From Ramazzottius varieornatus (lineage: Eukaryota > Animalia > Tardigrada): DNA of 64,000 bases. The notes beneath the pieces were generated by a model that saw only the letters and a list, made by a program, of their open reading frames with translations, ran no database searches and was not told the origin of the DNA. Where the stretch lies: assembly GCA_001949185.1 (NCBI GenBank), contig BDGG01000012.1, forward strand, positions 364,973 through 428,972, written 5' to 3'. The translations under genes were made by a program, and so were the position numbers. Position 1 is the stretch's first letter. Every line of letters begins with the position of its first letter. Below are positions 1 through 19,200 of this stretch, piece by piece.

Positions 1-3000
1 GGTACAGGATTTTGACCGGGGATGACTGCGGCAACATGATGCTTCGCATCGAAGATGGCTTTTTCCGCTAAGGCGATCAAACGGAGATTTGAGGCCTTGT
101 GAACGTCCCGTTCAAGTAAACTTAGTTACGAGAACTCTTCCTTACATCTCTACATGGTAGCTCAAAAGAGAATTTTGTGAACATTCTTTTCTGGTAGGTT
201 AAGTGTCTGACCAGGCTACCTGCCGTTGGTCAAGCAGTTCGACGCTGGACTTCTCCTCAATCTGGACCTCTGCAACCGCTTCATCCGTACAGGGACAGTG
301 CTGGACTGCATCAAGAAAATTCCATGCCCGCCCGGCTCGGACGAGCACGCCAAAAACTGTGAAGCCGTGCTGAAGAACATGATCGTCCTTACCAAGTACG
401 ACCTCCTCTCAGCAATATTCTGATTGTTACATGAGTATTGTTATTGACTGATTTTCCTCGTTGGTTTCAGGTACAACGACATGGCCTACAAGATCTACGA
501 AGTCACCTACAAGAAGAATGTGGATTCGAAATTCGAGCGGAAGGTCGTTGGTAAGAACAAGCAGGGCATCTACGGGCACAGTCCTCCACTAATTACACCA
601 TTCGCGAGTACATAAAGATGGTGAGTGTAAGCTCACAATCTGGATCGACCAGCTGAACAGTCCTCTCCTGATTTTCTTGTTACATAAATGCTCTTTCTCA
701 GATGTATGGCGCCCAGCCCGACATGGACGTCAAGAACCTCACCCAGCCGATTCTTGAATGCTTCAGAGCTACTGGTGAGACGCCGGCCAAGAAGTCCAAA
801 GGCGAGAAACCCGAAACGGTGTCTATCGGTAACGACTATCATAATTCTAAATTGTTTTTTAGCGTGGGAGCTCGGCAGTCAGACCGGACAAGATTGTTTT
901 CCCAAGTGGCGCATGTTGCCAGTGTTACTGGGTGGTAGCGTCCGCCGCTCGAAAAACGAGCTTGTTGATTTTGGCTGTGGACCTCCCACATATTGCTGAC
1001 TTCAGTGGATTTTCTTTTTATTTTGTATGTTTACAGTGCCCGAATTGGCGTTGCTGACTGGTCTAACCGACGATCTGCGGACCAACTTTAGCAACATGAA
1101 CAAGATCCTCGATTCAGTTCGCAAGAAACCCGGCAAGCGAGACGAGGTTTGCGGACTGTTTGCCCTTGGACTGAGCAAGTATAAGGCTGTCCTTTCACAT
1201 TTACAAACCTTCTGCGAAACTTGTGAACGTTTCTTGTATCACGCAGTCATCCAAAAGCCAAGGAGAAGATGGCGGCATGGGCCATGACGATGGACGCCAA
1301 CCTGCTGGACCTGGAAGGACGCGAGCTGCCGACGGTCCATCTTGCCCAGGCCGGAAATAAAACGGTTCGTTAAGTCTTCCTTGTAAATTTACTGTTGTTA
1401 GAATTTCCTATTAATGTCCACCGATTCGGTGAACCAGAATAAATAAATTGGAATAAAAAAGCAGAATTTAATATTTGAATAGACAACGCTTAGGGAGAGA
1501 TAATTATTCTACATATGTATCATGAAGGCTGCGTACGATCGCGTGGATGCCGACGGGACTCGAAACCTCCGCGGCAACAAGCTGGACGAAGCCGGTGTCA
1601 TGAACAACATCACCGTCTTTTACTCTCAGCCAGATAAGAATAAGGCTGGTGACTTTCACACCATGTTGGGAGAAGTGGGTGCACCGATGGGGATGAAGTT
1701 CGTCACACCTAAGGAGTACGTCCTTCCTCGTTTAAGGAGTTTCTTTGCTTCGTTGATGCGAAGATTATGTTGGTACTTGTTGGTTTCAGGGCCGTAGAAG
1801 AAACACAGCTGTTCTTTTCTCTCCACCACAGTGCCGTCACAGTGTATCCTGTCGAAGAACGTGGACAGCAAGTCGGCCATGAGCATCGCCACCAAGCTGG
1901 CCATGCAAATGAACGCCAAACTAGGGTAAGCTCTTTTATTTCTCCCTCAAATTCATACAATTATGGAATCCAGATTCAAACAAGGTCGTTTATTCAAGTG
2001 GCGCACGGTGTCAGCCACTGACATTGACACGGTGCGCCGCTTGCAGACTAATTTTGCCGAGCTTATTTGTCGACCTCTCATATTTCATGCTTTATCATCC
2101 AGTTTGATTTTCCGGAGGTGCTCTGTGGCATATCAAGGACCCGGCGATCAAGGTATTATCACGCTAGAATTCGTCGATTTTCGGGAACGTCGTTTTGTGT
2201 CTTGAATTTTGAAAATACTGTAAGTATTCGATACCATCGCGCAGTACGTACGTACGTACGTGACGATGTACCCCCGCAGAGGGTTGTGTAGGCAGTGAAA
2301 CCGGACCGGGGCTGTACATCCCGTGTACGATAACGTACTGTACTGCGCGACAGCATAGAATATTTACAGTACTAAAAAATCCAATCATCCGTAAGAAAAA
2401 TCCAATATTAGACTATCTTGATAGAATAAAATTAGAATTGCTTTATCTTATTGCAGGGACCAGGTGTGGCGGTGATCGGTGTAGTCTTGGGTCGTGCCAT
2501 GAACTTCAAAGGACGGAAGATGGCCAGCTTCGTGGGGACCGTTAACGACAACTACAACAAGTTTACAACGTCGCTAAGCCAGTCACCGCCATGGAGGTCG
2601 AGGAAGCCTATACAGAAGCCGTCAATTCTATTGCTGAACGTCATACTCGTTTCAACAATGGAGCCTCCATGAACAAGATCATCGTTTACCGTCAGATCGA
2701 GACCGATGATGACATGTTCCTCATCTACGACAAGACCAACGGCGAACTGGACTACGCGAAAAAGGCCGCCAAGAATCTCAATGCGTAAGCTTACTTCCTC
2801 CTTCCAAACTCCAGTTTCTAACCTGTTTAAGCTGGACTGAATGTTTCCTTTTGTGAATATTCCAGGAAGTTGGTCTACGTCGTGGCGGTGAAGCGCCGTA
2901 GCTCGCGGTTCTTCGGAGCCAGCATGGGCAATCCTCGACCCGGAACCGTCATCGACCAGGACGTCACACTTCCCAACCGGTAAGTTCGAAGATGTTTTTA

Positions 3001-3559
3001 CACTTTGTACATCGGGGCTTGGCAAAAAAAATGCACCAGATCTTCTCCTTAGGTGGCGCACGCTTTTAGCCGTTAACAATAAAAACGTGCGCCACTTGTG
3101 CGGATTGTCTTAACCTGTGGCGGATGCTACCAGCTAGAATTACCGATGACATGCGCCAGTTGATAATAGCAGTCTTTTGTGTTTCGCTTGCTGACTTCCA
3201 TATTCCGCTGCAAGTAACGCATGATGTCTTGCAGTTTCGACTTCTACATTGTCTCCCACGCCGGGCGTAAAGGTTCCGTCATGCCCACGTACTACTTTAT
3301 CGTCCACGACGATCTGGAACTGCCTCCCAACGTGCTGCAGCAGTTCACCTTCCAGATGTGCCACATGTACTACAACTGGAGCGTAAGCAGTGCTCTTCTT
3401 GTTTCTGTTGCGGGTGTTCTCTTTTCCTCATGTGGGCAGAGTTTGCGTTTGGGGTTGCAGGGTACCATCAAGGTTCCGGCTGTCTGCCAGTACGCCTTCA
3501 AGCAGGCGGTGATGTGTGGTGAAGTGACTAAGATGGCAGCGGGTAAGAAACTCCGGTGA
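1..3559 (+). pseudogene. Piwi-clade Argonaute, probably pseudogenised; 5' end lies outside the window
   Basis: Spliced exons give PAZ/MID/PIWI motifs (LSV*PGY, IVLTKYN, QPILEC, VPELALLTGLTDDLR, VPSQCI...[57 protein letters not shown]). In-frame stops at 69-71, 90-92 and 208-210; frameshifts near 565-590, ~1797 and ~2563. Confidence 0.85.
2218..2369. mobile_element. TA-flanked MITE-like inverted repeat (CTGTA...TACAG) in a Piwi intron
   Basis: ta|ctgtaagtattcgataccatcgcgcagtac ... gtactgcgcgacagcatagaatatttacag|ta, imperfect inverted arms. Confidence 0.6.
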
Positions 3560-4486
3560 ACCTTCTCGTTCTTTCTCTGTAATATTCTATAACGGTCTTC
3601 TACAGTCTTTTTCGATTTTTGAATGGGGTTGTACTCGGATGGACTTGGTGAACGAGTCTCAGAGGTTTTACTCAAGATCGTCTTTCCTGGTTTTACTTTT
3701 CGGTCTTTCTCTGTTTTTCCCTGCATAAGTTTTGTGCAGACTTTACTCCAGATTTCCCTAGTGAAATTTTTCGTCAGTATAATTGGGTTGAAAGGTTTTC
3801 CACCGAGGAAAATAGACTGCACTGTCTGTAATACTTGCTCGCTGAAAATGGGAGGTCGGCAAATGAAAAGTACAAGATCGTTTTCCCAAGTGGTGCATTC
3901 ACGCTACTGGCCAAGAACGGATCGTTGACGTTGAACCTTCCGCAGTTGAACAGTAACCAGACCAACGTGTGTAATATAGAGCGTCTCGGCTCAGTGCTTG
4001 CATTTAACGTAAAGAACCTGCTCCCCGGAATGATTCCTCACAGATGTCGCTCCCAGTGCCCGTCCTAGCTCCTGCCAGCACTTCGCGTTCCAACGTGACC
4101 GTCAACGATATCCTCCGAATACCTACGCCTGGTGACCACGCCGAACAGGAACGCAAAGCCACGGAAGAACGCATCGGGGTTGAAGACCTTCAAGACCAGT
4201 CCGACGTCGGCACCGGCGGACAAAGTAAAGGACCCGGGAACGACAAAGGTGAACCTAGCAGTATCAAAGTCCCCTGCGAAGTGTTGTACACGAAATAACC
4301 TTCGTTTCTAGTGTTATTTACTGTTTCCCGTTCAGTGTGTTCTCACTTCACAGCAGGAGAGTCTCTCACAGATGCTTTTAGAAAGTTTCAGTTGTCGCTT
4401 ACAGGAAAGGCTGAAGAACTGTCAGCAGTACAATATGTATACGTCCATTCCAAATTTTAGCAATATGGTCTCCGATATCATGTTTC

Positions 4487-4610
4487 GGTTGACGTTTTGG
4501 TCAAATGTTTTAGACTAATGGCCAAAATGTGTCAGTATATTTTGACCAATGGTCAAATTAACATGGGAGAATTTGACCATTGGTAAAAAATATTGACCAA
4601 AACGTCAACC
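4487..4610. repeat. Palindromic MITE-like element
   Basis: Perfect 18-bp inverted repeat ggttgacgttttggtcaa / ttgaccaaaacgtcaacc, plus inner arms accaatggtcaaatt / aatttgaccattggt. Confidence 0.65.
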
Positions 4611-5191
4611 AAAAATTTGCCAATCGGTCCGACCAAAGCTTGGTCAAATCCACTCTACTTCAGAGTTACTCATCGAGATCTTCTAAGCGAGAAGATTTTG
4701 TTTCAGTGTTTATCTGACTTCCGTCGTTTGTCATCGGTGAAATTTGACTGCTACATTTTTAGGGTTTATTGTCCACCGGTCCGTCGCGAATACCGAGGCT
4801 ATACTCTGTTACGAGGTGGCTGGTGCCGGAAACAACAATCACGGAGGTGCGCTGATCCACTTTTAGCCAAAGTCAACAAAACAGGGAAGGTCTGATAAGG
4901 AGGAACAGCGGCTTATAGAGAACTCACCATACGTTACTATCGGCTCAAACAATACCTTTGAAGTTTATAATCGAAGGTTGCAGTTATATCACTCAGAAAT
5001 TGTTTGCTGTAGAGGGCTTATCAGCTTAATGATTCAGCTCATTGTTGTCTGATCGTTAACGCTAAACTTGTGCAATGCAGACTAAACTCACCAGTGGATG
5101 TTTCTGTTTTCAAGTCTATGCTTTACAGGAGAAGATTCCCACCAGCACACGTGGACCTTCCATCTGCCAACCAGGAAACAGTGGACCGGAA

Positions 5192-6287
5192 ATGAAGGGG
5201 AGAATTGGAGGCCATCCTGTGACGGGACGTCTGATCATCATCGGCGTCCTTGACATCCTGATTGCTGTTATCGCCATTATCCTCCAGTCTGCAAGTAAGC
5301 TTACAACAAGGATTAGGACATTGTAATCGGTTGTCCAGGTTAATCTTCGCTTGTTACAGTCACGGTCTTATCGGACGACTTTCTTCCACTTCCGATCGGG
5401 TTCCCACTGCGATTCGTCAACAATGACATGATCCGTTTGGGTCTTGCTTCTCCGGGCATATGGACTGGAATATTCCTTTTGATCACTGGAATAGTCGGGA
5501 TTGTGGGTGCTGTCCGACGCCGACAAATTCCGGCTGGGTCTTCCACTGTTCGCTCCCGCTATACTGGCGTCCTTCGTGCCTTTCTGTGTCTGACTATCCT
5601 ATCGGTTATCCTGTCCATCGTTCTCATTTGCATAGCTGGTGTTCTGAGCGGCTATTGGCTGGATTACCTTCTGAACGTAAGATTGACATTCGAGAACTTT
5701 GGATGATCGTTATTTCACGTGGCGCCGTATCCCTTGTTATTGGCTGGAAACGTGCGCCACCTGAAAATTGATAACGATGAACGCGAGATTTTTTGCCGGC
5801 CGCCAATATCTCCTAACCATTTCGTGGATTGTAGCCTCCAGTTCTTCATCCCGATGTGAAGGGCAAAGCCGTGGCTGTTGCCAGTCTGAACCTTGCGCTG
5901 ATTCTCTTTGGTCTCATAGCGCTAGTAATCAACTGTTTTGGCTGTTCCTTCGCCTGGAAAGCCATAAAGGAATCGAAGTTCACCGGGGCCATTTCGTATC
6001 GCAGTGAACCGCTAAACGGAACGTCAAATCCTGGCTTCGGCACAAGCCGCACGTACAAAACTGTCGAAGTGGTCACTCGGCCAGCGAGCCAAGTGGCCAA
6101 CGCGACGACTACCGTCCACGATACCGGAAGTCAGCTCTCCACACCCTCGTTGCCTCACATCGTATCCAGAAACCCGTCATTCAACAACGCGATACAGCAT
6201 AAAACCTTGTCGCGAAACCATTCATTCAATAGCGCGGTGCTCAGGTCCCCGGACCAATCATCTGTTGGCTGGTCCTACGATTTCTGA
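5192..6287 (+). CDS. MS4A/CD20-like four-transmembrane protein (exons approx. 5192-5293, 5360-5676, 5835-6287)
   Basis: Four hydrophobic segments, a GIWTGIFLLITGIVGI motif typical of CD20-like proteins, in-phase GT-AG introns and a Ser-rich tail. The start may be further upstream. Confidence 0.65.
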
Positions 6288-6517
6288 AGTTGATATCTGT
6301 CTTTTTGTTTTGAGTTGTTGATTGTGAGATAAATTTGCATCCGACAACATGTACAGCGTGAAGTCGATCCAGTCGTTTGCTCTCAAGCTTAAACGCGGCT
6401 GACAGTCGGAAACTTTTACTGTATATCCTTGATGTTATTTTTACAAGAATTTAGCAAACGTTCTGAGAAGTAAACGCCCACAATACCACGCATACAATGT
6501 GAAGTTCATAAACATAT

Positions 6518-8356
6518 TTATCTTGAGTTCGAAGCCGGACACGAAATCTTTGCCGTAGAGGTCGCCGTCTTTCCGGACGCGTCGGTAGCCATGATAATCA
6601 CGCTGGTGTTTCCTTCCCCTATCGTGACGAAAGGTGTGAGGTTGGCTCCGGTTGTCGTACTCGTGACCTGCACAGCCTGGTTACCGCTCGAGATGGAATA
6701 GATAATGGGGGACCCGGAAGTGCTTGTGGCCGTAACTGCAAGGAATTATACTATGCAAGATCAACTTCCATCTCGTGAAGGTTTAACTTTCTGCTTACCT
6801 GTTCCAAGAATGTCTCCAGCGGCACAGGAAGTCGGTGTGAACATGTATATGGTTTTGTTAAACGACAAGGTTTCCGAAGAGCTACTGGAAGCCGGACAGG
6901 AAGACGTGGAAATGGTGACCGGAACAGTGGCAGATCGACTGCCTCGCGAAGCTCGGATCGTTAACGTACCAACAACCGGAACACCCACCGCAGTCAGGGT
7001 TCCCGTAGTGCCATTTACATTGTATACTCCGGTTGGATTGTCGATGGAATAAGTTACCCCTGGTGGGTTACCCACCAACGCAACTTGTCCGACATTCGCA
7101 TCGCTGTTGCAGTTCGTCGGTGAGAAGGTATACTGCGGCTTGGTGAACTCCAGTGCCGTGTTGCATTTTGGGCTGCTGACAACAATAGTGGCGGTCGTTG
7201 AATTACCCGAAGCTCCATAAGCTTGTGCCGTGAGCGTGTAACTCTTCTCGGTCAACGTGCTGGTGGATGTTATGAGACCGCTGGTTTGCTGAATGGCAAA
7301 GTCCGCACTGGTTGGAGAAAGGACATAGGCTACGGCGTTGGTCGCAGCGGCCATTCCCACTGTTATTCCAGGCGAACAACTACTTGTCGAGAAGTTGAAG
7401 ACATTTTGGGTAAACTTCAGCGCAGACGAAGGGGTGGTTGTTGTTGTAAGAGAGGATCTGCAGTGGGTGGAGATGATGACTCGAGCTGTGGCGGAAGCGG
7501 CCCCGCATCTGGCTGTGGCGACCCCGGTGTAGGTCTCTGTTCCTGACAGTTGGCCGGAGACCATCACTACGCCTGTCGAGGGAACGACGAAGAACGGACC
7601 GGAAGAGATCAAGGAATAACTGCATCCAGTTACTTCTTGCACTGAAGTTCTTCCTAGGGGTTCTCCGGGTGCGCATGTTGATGTGGCAAAGGTGTACAAA
7701 GTTTCGGTAAAAGACACCGACGATGAAGAGGTTGATCCGAAACTGGAAGGAAAGCCGGAAGATGGAAAAGCAGGACCGGTGCCTGAGCCGACGCAGCTGT
7801 ACGTTACATTCGCTGTCACAGTTCCTGTAAATTTCTCTAGTGAAAAATAAACTGGAAATGAGCGCTCGGCAAACGAAACATGCAATACAGTACAAGATCG
7901 TTGCTTCAAGTGGCGCGCGTGTGCGTTGTGCGGCCCGAAGCGTGCGCCATTTCCGATAACAATCTTTTGCGCTTCATCTGCCGGCCTCTCAAATGAGAAA
8001 TCCACATTGAAACACCAAGCGGCATCGCACTCACCTGAGGAGCTCAAAGCTTTTATCTGGATCGAGTAAGGCGTGTTCGGTCGAATGTAGTTGATCAGGA
8101 TGAGTGCGCCCGTACGAACGTTTACGGCCACGTTGTTGTTCGGGGATGGGATGAAATAGTACACGGGATGGTTCGACGAGTCCGTAGCGCTGATGGATCC
8201 CACGACGGTTCCCGGATTGCAGTTCGGAGCTGTCAGCGTGTATAAGGGTTGGCTGACCGATATGGTCTGACCATTCGTCTCCAGCAACACAGAGCTCAAA
8301 CAGAGCAGCCCGACTATTATTTCGACATGTCTGTTCGAAGTGGAGATCTTCGCCAT
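6518..8356 (-). CDS. Secreted protein with five degenerate cadherin-like repeats (exons 8356-8035, 7824-6799, 6735-6518)
   Basis: Signal peptide; five ~85-aa repeats of pattern F-x3-Y-x-F-x4-C-x2-G-x2-VG...Y-S-I...TG...C; no TM segment; stop at 6518-6520. Confidence 0.75.
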
Positions 8357-8421
8357 TGTGAATTATGTTGAAGCGGACGAGGAGTTTGAGAGTTGTCAGC
8401 GAGTTGCGGTGAATTTCGGCG

Positions 8422-8428
8422 TTTTATA
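8422..8428 (-). promoter_or_regulatory. TATA box of the cadherin-like gene
   Basis: TATAAAA on the minus strand ~65 nt upstream of the ATG. Confidence 0.45.
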
Positions 8429-8637
8429 CCATATTTACATGGTCAGACGCGATCATGAGAGGAAATATTGTTCTGACCGGTAAAGAAAATAGGCACTGAA
8501 CTCCACAGCTCGAAAATCAGCTCAGAAGGGTATCCCACTGGTTTGGTGTATGGGGAAGAATATTTAGTTCACTTAGCTGTGGAGAACAATACTCAAGCAT
8601 AATACAAAACCGGAAAAATGAATTTCTTCCGAAAACT

Positions 8638-12684
<4,047 letters not shown>

Positions 12685-12768
12685 GATGACTTTAGTCGAG
12701 ACTTTCGACGAAAAGCCAAAGTCACCAGCTAACTAGGTACACTAGTGCGAGAAGCTGCTTACAGCACA

Positions 12769-12776
12769 TTTATATA
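12769..12776 (-). promoter_or_regulatory. TATA box of amylase paralog 1
   Basis: TATATAAA on the minus strand ~85 nt upstream of the ATG. Confidence 0.5.
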
Positions 12777-12981
12777 CAGTTAGATAACCTGCAGAATGCT
12801 CGGGAAACCATCATGACCTTCGTCATATCTCCACTTGAGCCAGTCGGATATCTGCCGACGAAAGACGCGCGATATCCACGTCATCACGCTGCAAGGTGGA
12901 CCTTGCGTCCCAAGAAGAAAACAGCAACAAACGCAATCGTCTATTTCGATGATATTCTCCATATGGATTTGCTGTGAGAGA

Positions 12982-13109
12982 TATGGGAGCTCGGCATGCA
13001 ACTCAACAAAAGTTATCTTTCAAGTGGCGCACGCTTCTACCCAATCACATGAAGAACGTCCGCCACTTGAGAGAACAACGTTGACTCGTTTGTTTGTCGA
13101 GCTCCCATA
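12982..13109. mobile_element. Most complete copy of the dispersed palindromic CAAGTGGCGCAC element family
   Basis: tatgggagctcggca...caagtggcgcacg-spacer-cgtccgccacttga...tgtcgagctcccata; about 20 related copies in the window. Confidence 0.75.
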
Positions 13110-13222
13110 AGATTATGATTTTATTCCGCCATAAAAATATAAAGACAGGGTTATGAGTCGAAAACGAAAATAAAATCCTCGAGAGTAGCTATGAACTGAA
13201 TATTCTTTGCAGTAAAACTTTT

Positions 13223-15787
<2,565 letters not shown>

Positions 15788-16098
15788 TCTTGATCTCAGC
15801 GGCGCTCTATGCTTTCAGAGTGTAGACTGTAGAGTCCCGATTCGGGACTCCCGAAGCAACCCTTCGAGGACGGAGGAAAGACAAAAGCCGGCAGATTGGT
15901 AGCCCTCCGGATGATTCGCATCCAGGTAATGGAAGGCTTGTTTCAGATCTACCTCTCACATCAAATCTTCCGAGCACTTTGGGAACGATGAGGTCCAGAG
16001 ATCGAGAGATGTCGGGAGCAACAGGTCCAGGTTCCGGAGAGTGTGATGAATATCACGTGTAATGTCATACCGTCATACTGTCTTTTCTTATGTGCCGG

Positions 16099-16208
16099 CA
16101 GGCTGGCATGGATGTACCGGGACAATAATTTGCATCGGCCTGCCAAACTTTTCCTGCCGCAGTGCAGTTTGTCAAGCCATTTTATGTTCCTCCCGGTACA
16201 TCCATGCC
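16099..16208. mobile_element. MITE with CAGGCTGGCATGGATGTACCGG arms, copy 1
   Basis: Arms ggcatggatgtaccgg / ccggtacatccatgcc; the interior matches the reverse complement of 42484-42608. Confidence 0.75.
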
Positions 16209-19200
16209 GATATGTGTCCGGTAACCGGCTTGCATAACATGTTGTGTGTGATGTAGTACCATTTCCGGTCTGTGTTGTTCAAAAATCAAAACTTCAAAGT
16301 TCAAATGGAGTTTGGGCATACGTGAGCTGCTAAAGGGGGCCTTGCCGGAACGTCAAACACACTGATTGAGCGACTACGTTCCGCTAATAAATAGGTAGTA
16401 CCAATATTGTGTACGTCGATTATATACCGTACGTAATGTGATGTAATCCACTAACAAAACTCAAAATCAGCTCTTCATTCAATCAAGGAATCCGAGCAAC
16501 AAAAGAAAACCGTCTCACCAAACACAAGTAACCATTTGGGTCGCAAAAACCGCGAGCGAGATAGTTTGAACCGGGTGTCTCCGTGTGGAAGTCTGCACCA
16601 CGTACACGATACCAGCTGTTTGATAATGATAAATCAAACGCCATTTCTGACGGCTTGCGGTTTTGGCAGGCCACGTGCAAGTGCAGGCCCCTTTTAGCAG
16701 CTCATCACTGCTTGCTAGCGTTGCCGCCTCGAGTCAGCTCGACCATCATGATCTCTGCGCCGCGCGTGCAGTGCCAATTAGAACCTTCAGGTCTTTACTG
16801 AGCTTCAAATTTCGTTCATCAAAGAAGGTACTGTAATAGTAATCACATTAATGCTTATTCTGCTCTTTGTTATCGAACGAGTAAATCAGACCGCGGAACT
16901 TTCGGATCTTTCATTTGCAGACATGCTTTGCGGATAAGTACCCCAGTTGCACAACTTGATGACGCTGCTGTACGACCAGTCTGGCTGGATGTTTCGGCAG
17001 CGTTTGCGAGGCAAGCCAAGTGAGTGCGACGGGTTGCTGTAAAACCGGTTTGTGGCTGCGCAATATCGATTGGAAAATTTGTACAGCTGGCGCTCGACTT
17101 TGGTTCCATCTCGCTTCCTCCCTTTGTAGGCACATAAACTAGCCGAGGCAGGCGTTCCTGGATTCTAGCCATTGGTTGGCAGCAGCACCGCGCAGCAACG
17201 TGGACGCGGAATATCGTTGGGTAAAGAGGCAGAAAGGGCGAGAGCGAGCGAGCACACAGTTACCAAAACAAGACTACGCGTAAGCTAGAGAAAATGTCTC
17301 TCGTGTATGAATAGTCTGTCTAGCAGCGACGGAACCAGTTTTCATCATAACACCCGACCCCAGCAGCAGCCAGCTACTGCTTTCGAGACGACGATCGGTA
17401 CAGTGTACAACAGTTTATTCCATAATGACCGATATTATTGCAGCAGAACGGAGAATCGGGGAGCTCTGAATAAGCCTTTGCCTTCCACCGCAAGTCATTG
17501 CTCTTTGGAGTACTCTTCTCCTGCGACAAAGATGGACCGTAATTTCTGACATTGTCACCTTTCTGGACGACAACGTTTGTCTGGATTACACGTACAACAA
17601 AGTTTGTCTGGTAAGTTCAACATGCATGCTTGTTCGAGATAGATAATGAGCGTATCTGTCCTTGATTGTACTTTAGTGTCTCTTTGCTTTGTGGCTTCTT
17701 ATCGCCGTTCTAGGTTGGCACTTCGGTGATTTCCAGGGTTCGTTCATGGATGAGTTTAGACTTTTTTTTCCAGTGATGGAGCTAATTACTCGAAGATTCG
17801 CGACTTCATTTGGGCAGTTGGTCTAAAGTTCACCCGTCGCTTTGACGAACTCGCGCAGGGGCGCTTCTCAGCAGCTCATCTGCGCGCGTCCGTTGCACAT
17901 GCTCAGATCAATAGCCGCAGACAGGGATTAGTGCGCTAGTTGACGTGGGCGGCTGTTGTATAGAGGTACCTTCTCGTGGACCTGGTAGTAAAATGTCTGT
18001 TGTTCGGTTGCGTGCAGACATTTTACGCATTTTACTCGTGAAGGATGTCTGGCTTGCTAATTTATTACGTCCTTTTGGTGGGATGAAAGATGTAATTGTG
18101 AATGCGCTTGCTTGAGGAAAGGGAAATGAGTAATCACCCACCACATCAGCAACGATCGAGGGTTGTGAAATTCTTGTCGAGCGACACTATCTGGGCTTTT
18201 AGTAGTTTCGCTTTTAGTAGTTTGTATGGATTTCCGCTGAGGCATGGCATAGCTTCGGCTGAAGAAGGGCTTGTTGGCACGACGTGCAAATAACCTCGTC
18301 GATATTTTATGCCGCTTTCGTAATGCTGAAGCAACCCTCGGTCTTATGTAATAACAATGTTGAATAGCGTGGGGCGCTTTTTAACTTGCGGCCATAGAAT
18401 TTCGCTGCCGCCATGTGCATCGCACATGGAAGGAGGGCTGGCAAGTTGCGTGTCTTGCTAGAACTTTCGTGAAGTAACCACTGGTCAGCAAGACAGCGCT
18501 TTCACAGACTTATTTATCGAGAGGTAGGAATGCAGAATGTACGAAGTTCGGCGATGTGAAGAGTTGATTGCTCGCCTATGACGAAATGTGCCTATTGCAA
18601 AGATTTAGTCTGGAGAACTGCTGACAGCCAACTTCACATCCAGGGTCTTCGAAAGAAATTCTCAACATTCCCGCTCCCCTCCCCATGACTTCGCGCAGTT
18701 GTAATTTGTTGGTGCGTGAAAACTCTCTTGTGAAACCTGCTGAACGGTGCGCGATCCGATCGGGGAAGTGTTACTCCGTCTGCGCGGGTTGACTTGGGAA
18801 GTGGGTTTTGGTGGTGCGCCAGTTGAGATGGGTTATGCTCTAGTTCGTGACCGCGATAGTTTTCAAGAGTTTGTATAGTCACACACAAGAGTCTAGAACA
18901 TGCCAGCTCTTGATTGATTCTGTGTGACGCAGGGATATTTTCGGAATCTTTGAGGGATCATTTAAAGCCTGCTCCAGTTGGCGACAGGGCGGATGGAGCA
19001 AGGCAGGCAGCTGCTGTGTGAGTCTGGGATGCGAGCGTATCTCAGCGTAGGAGACACCATAGTCACACTACCAAACAGCTTGTAATGGCGGCGTTGACGT
19101 CAGCGAGCGTGTTGAACACTCCATACTCTCGGTGTAAGTGATCAGTCCTGATGGATATGGATGGAGGTCGTCGCGGAGGAAGACTCCAAGGAGACATTGT

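Noticed and set aside
69-210. Piwi in-frame TGA as Sec recoding or an alternative genetic code
   Set aside because: It occurs with a TAA and several frameshifts, aligns to Trp rather than Cys, and other genes here use TGG for Trp and TGA as stop.
4044-4298. 84-aa ORF after a plausible acceptor
   Set aside because: No recognisable homology and no upstream exon could be linked; it may be a gene remnant but is unsupported.
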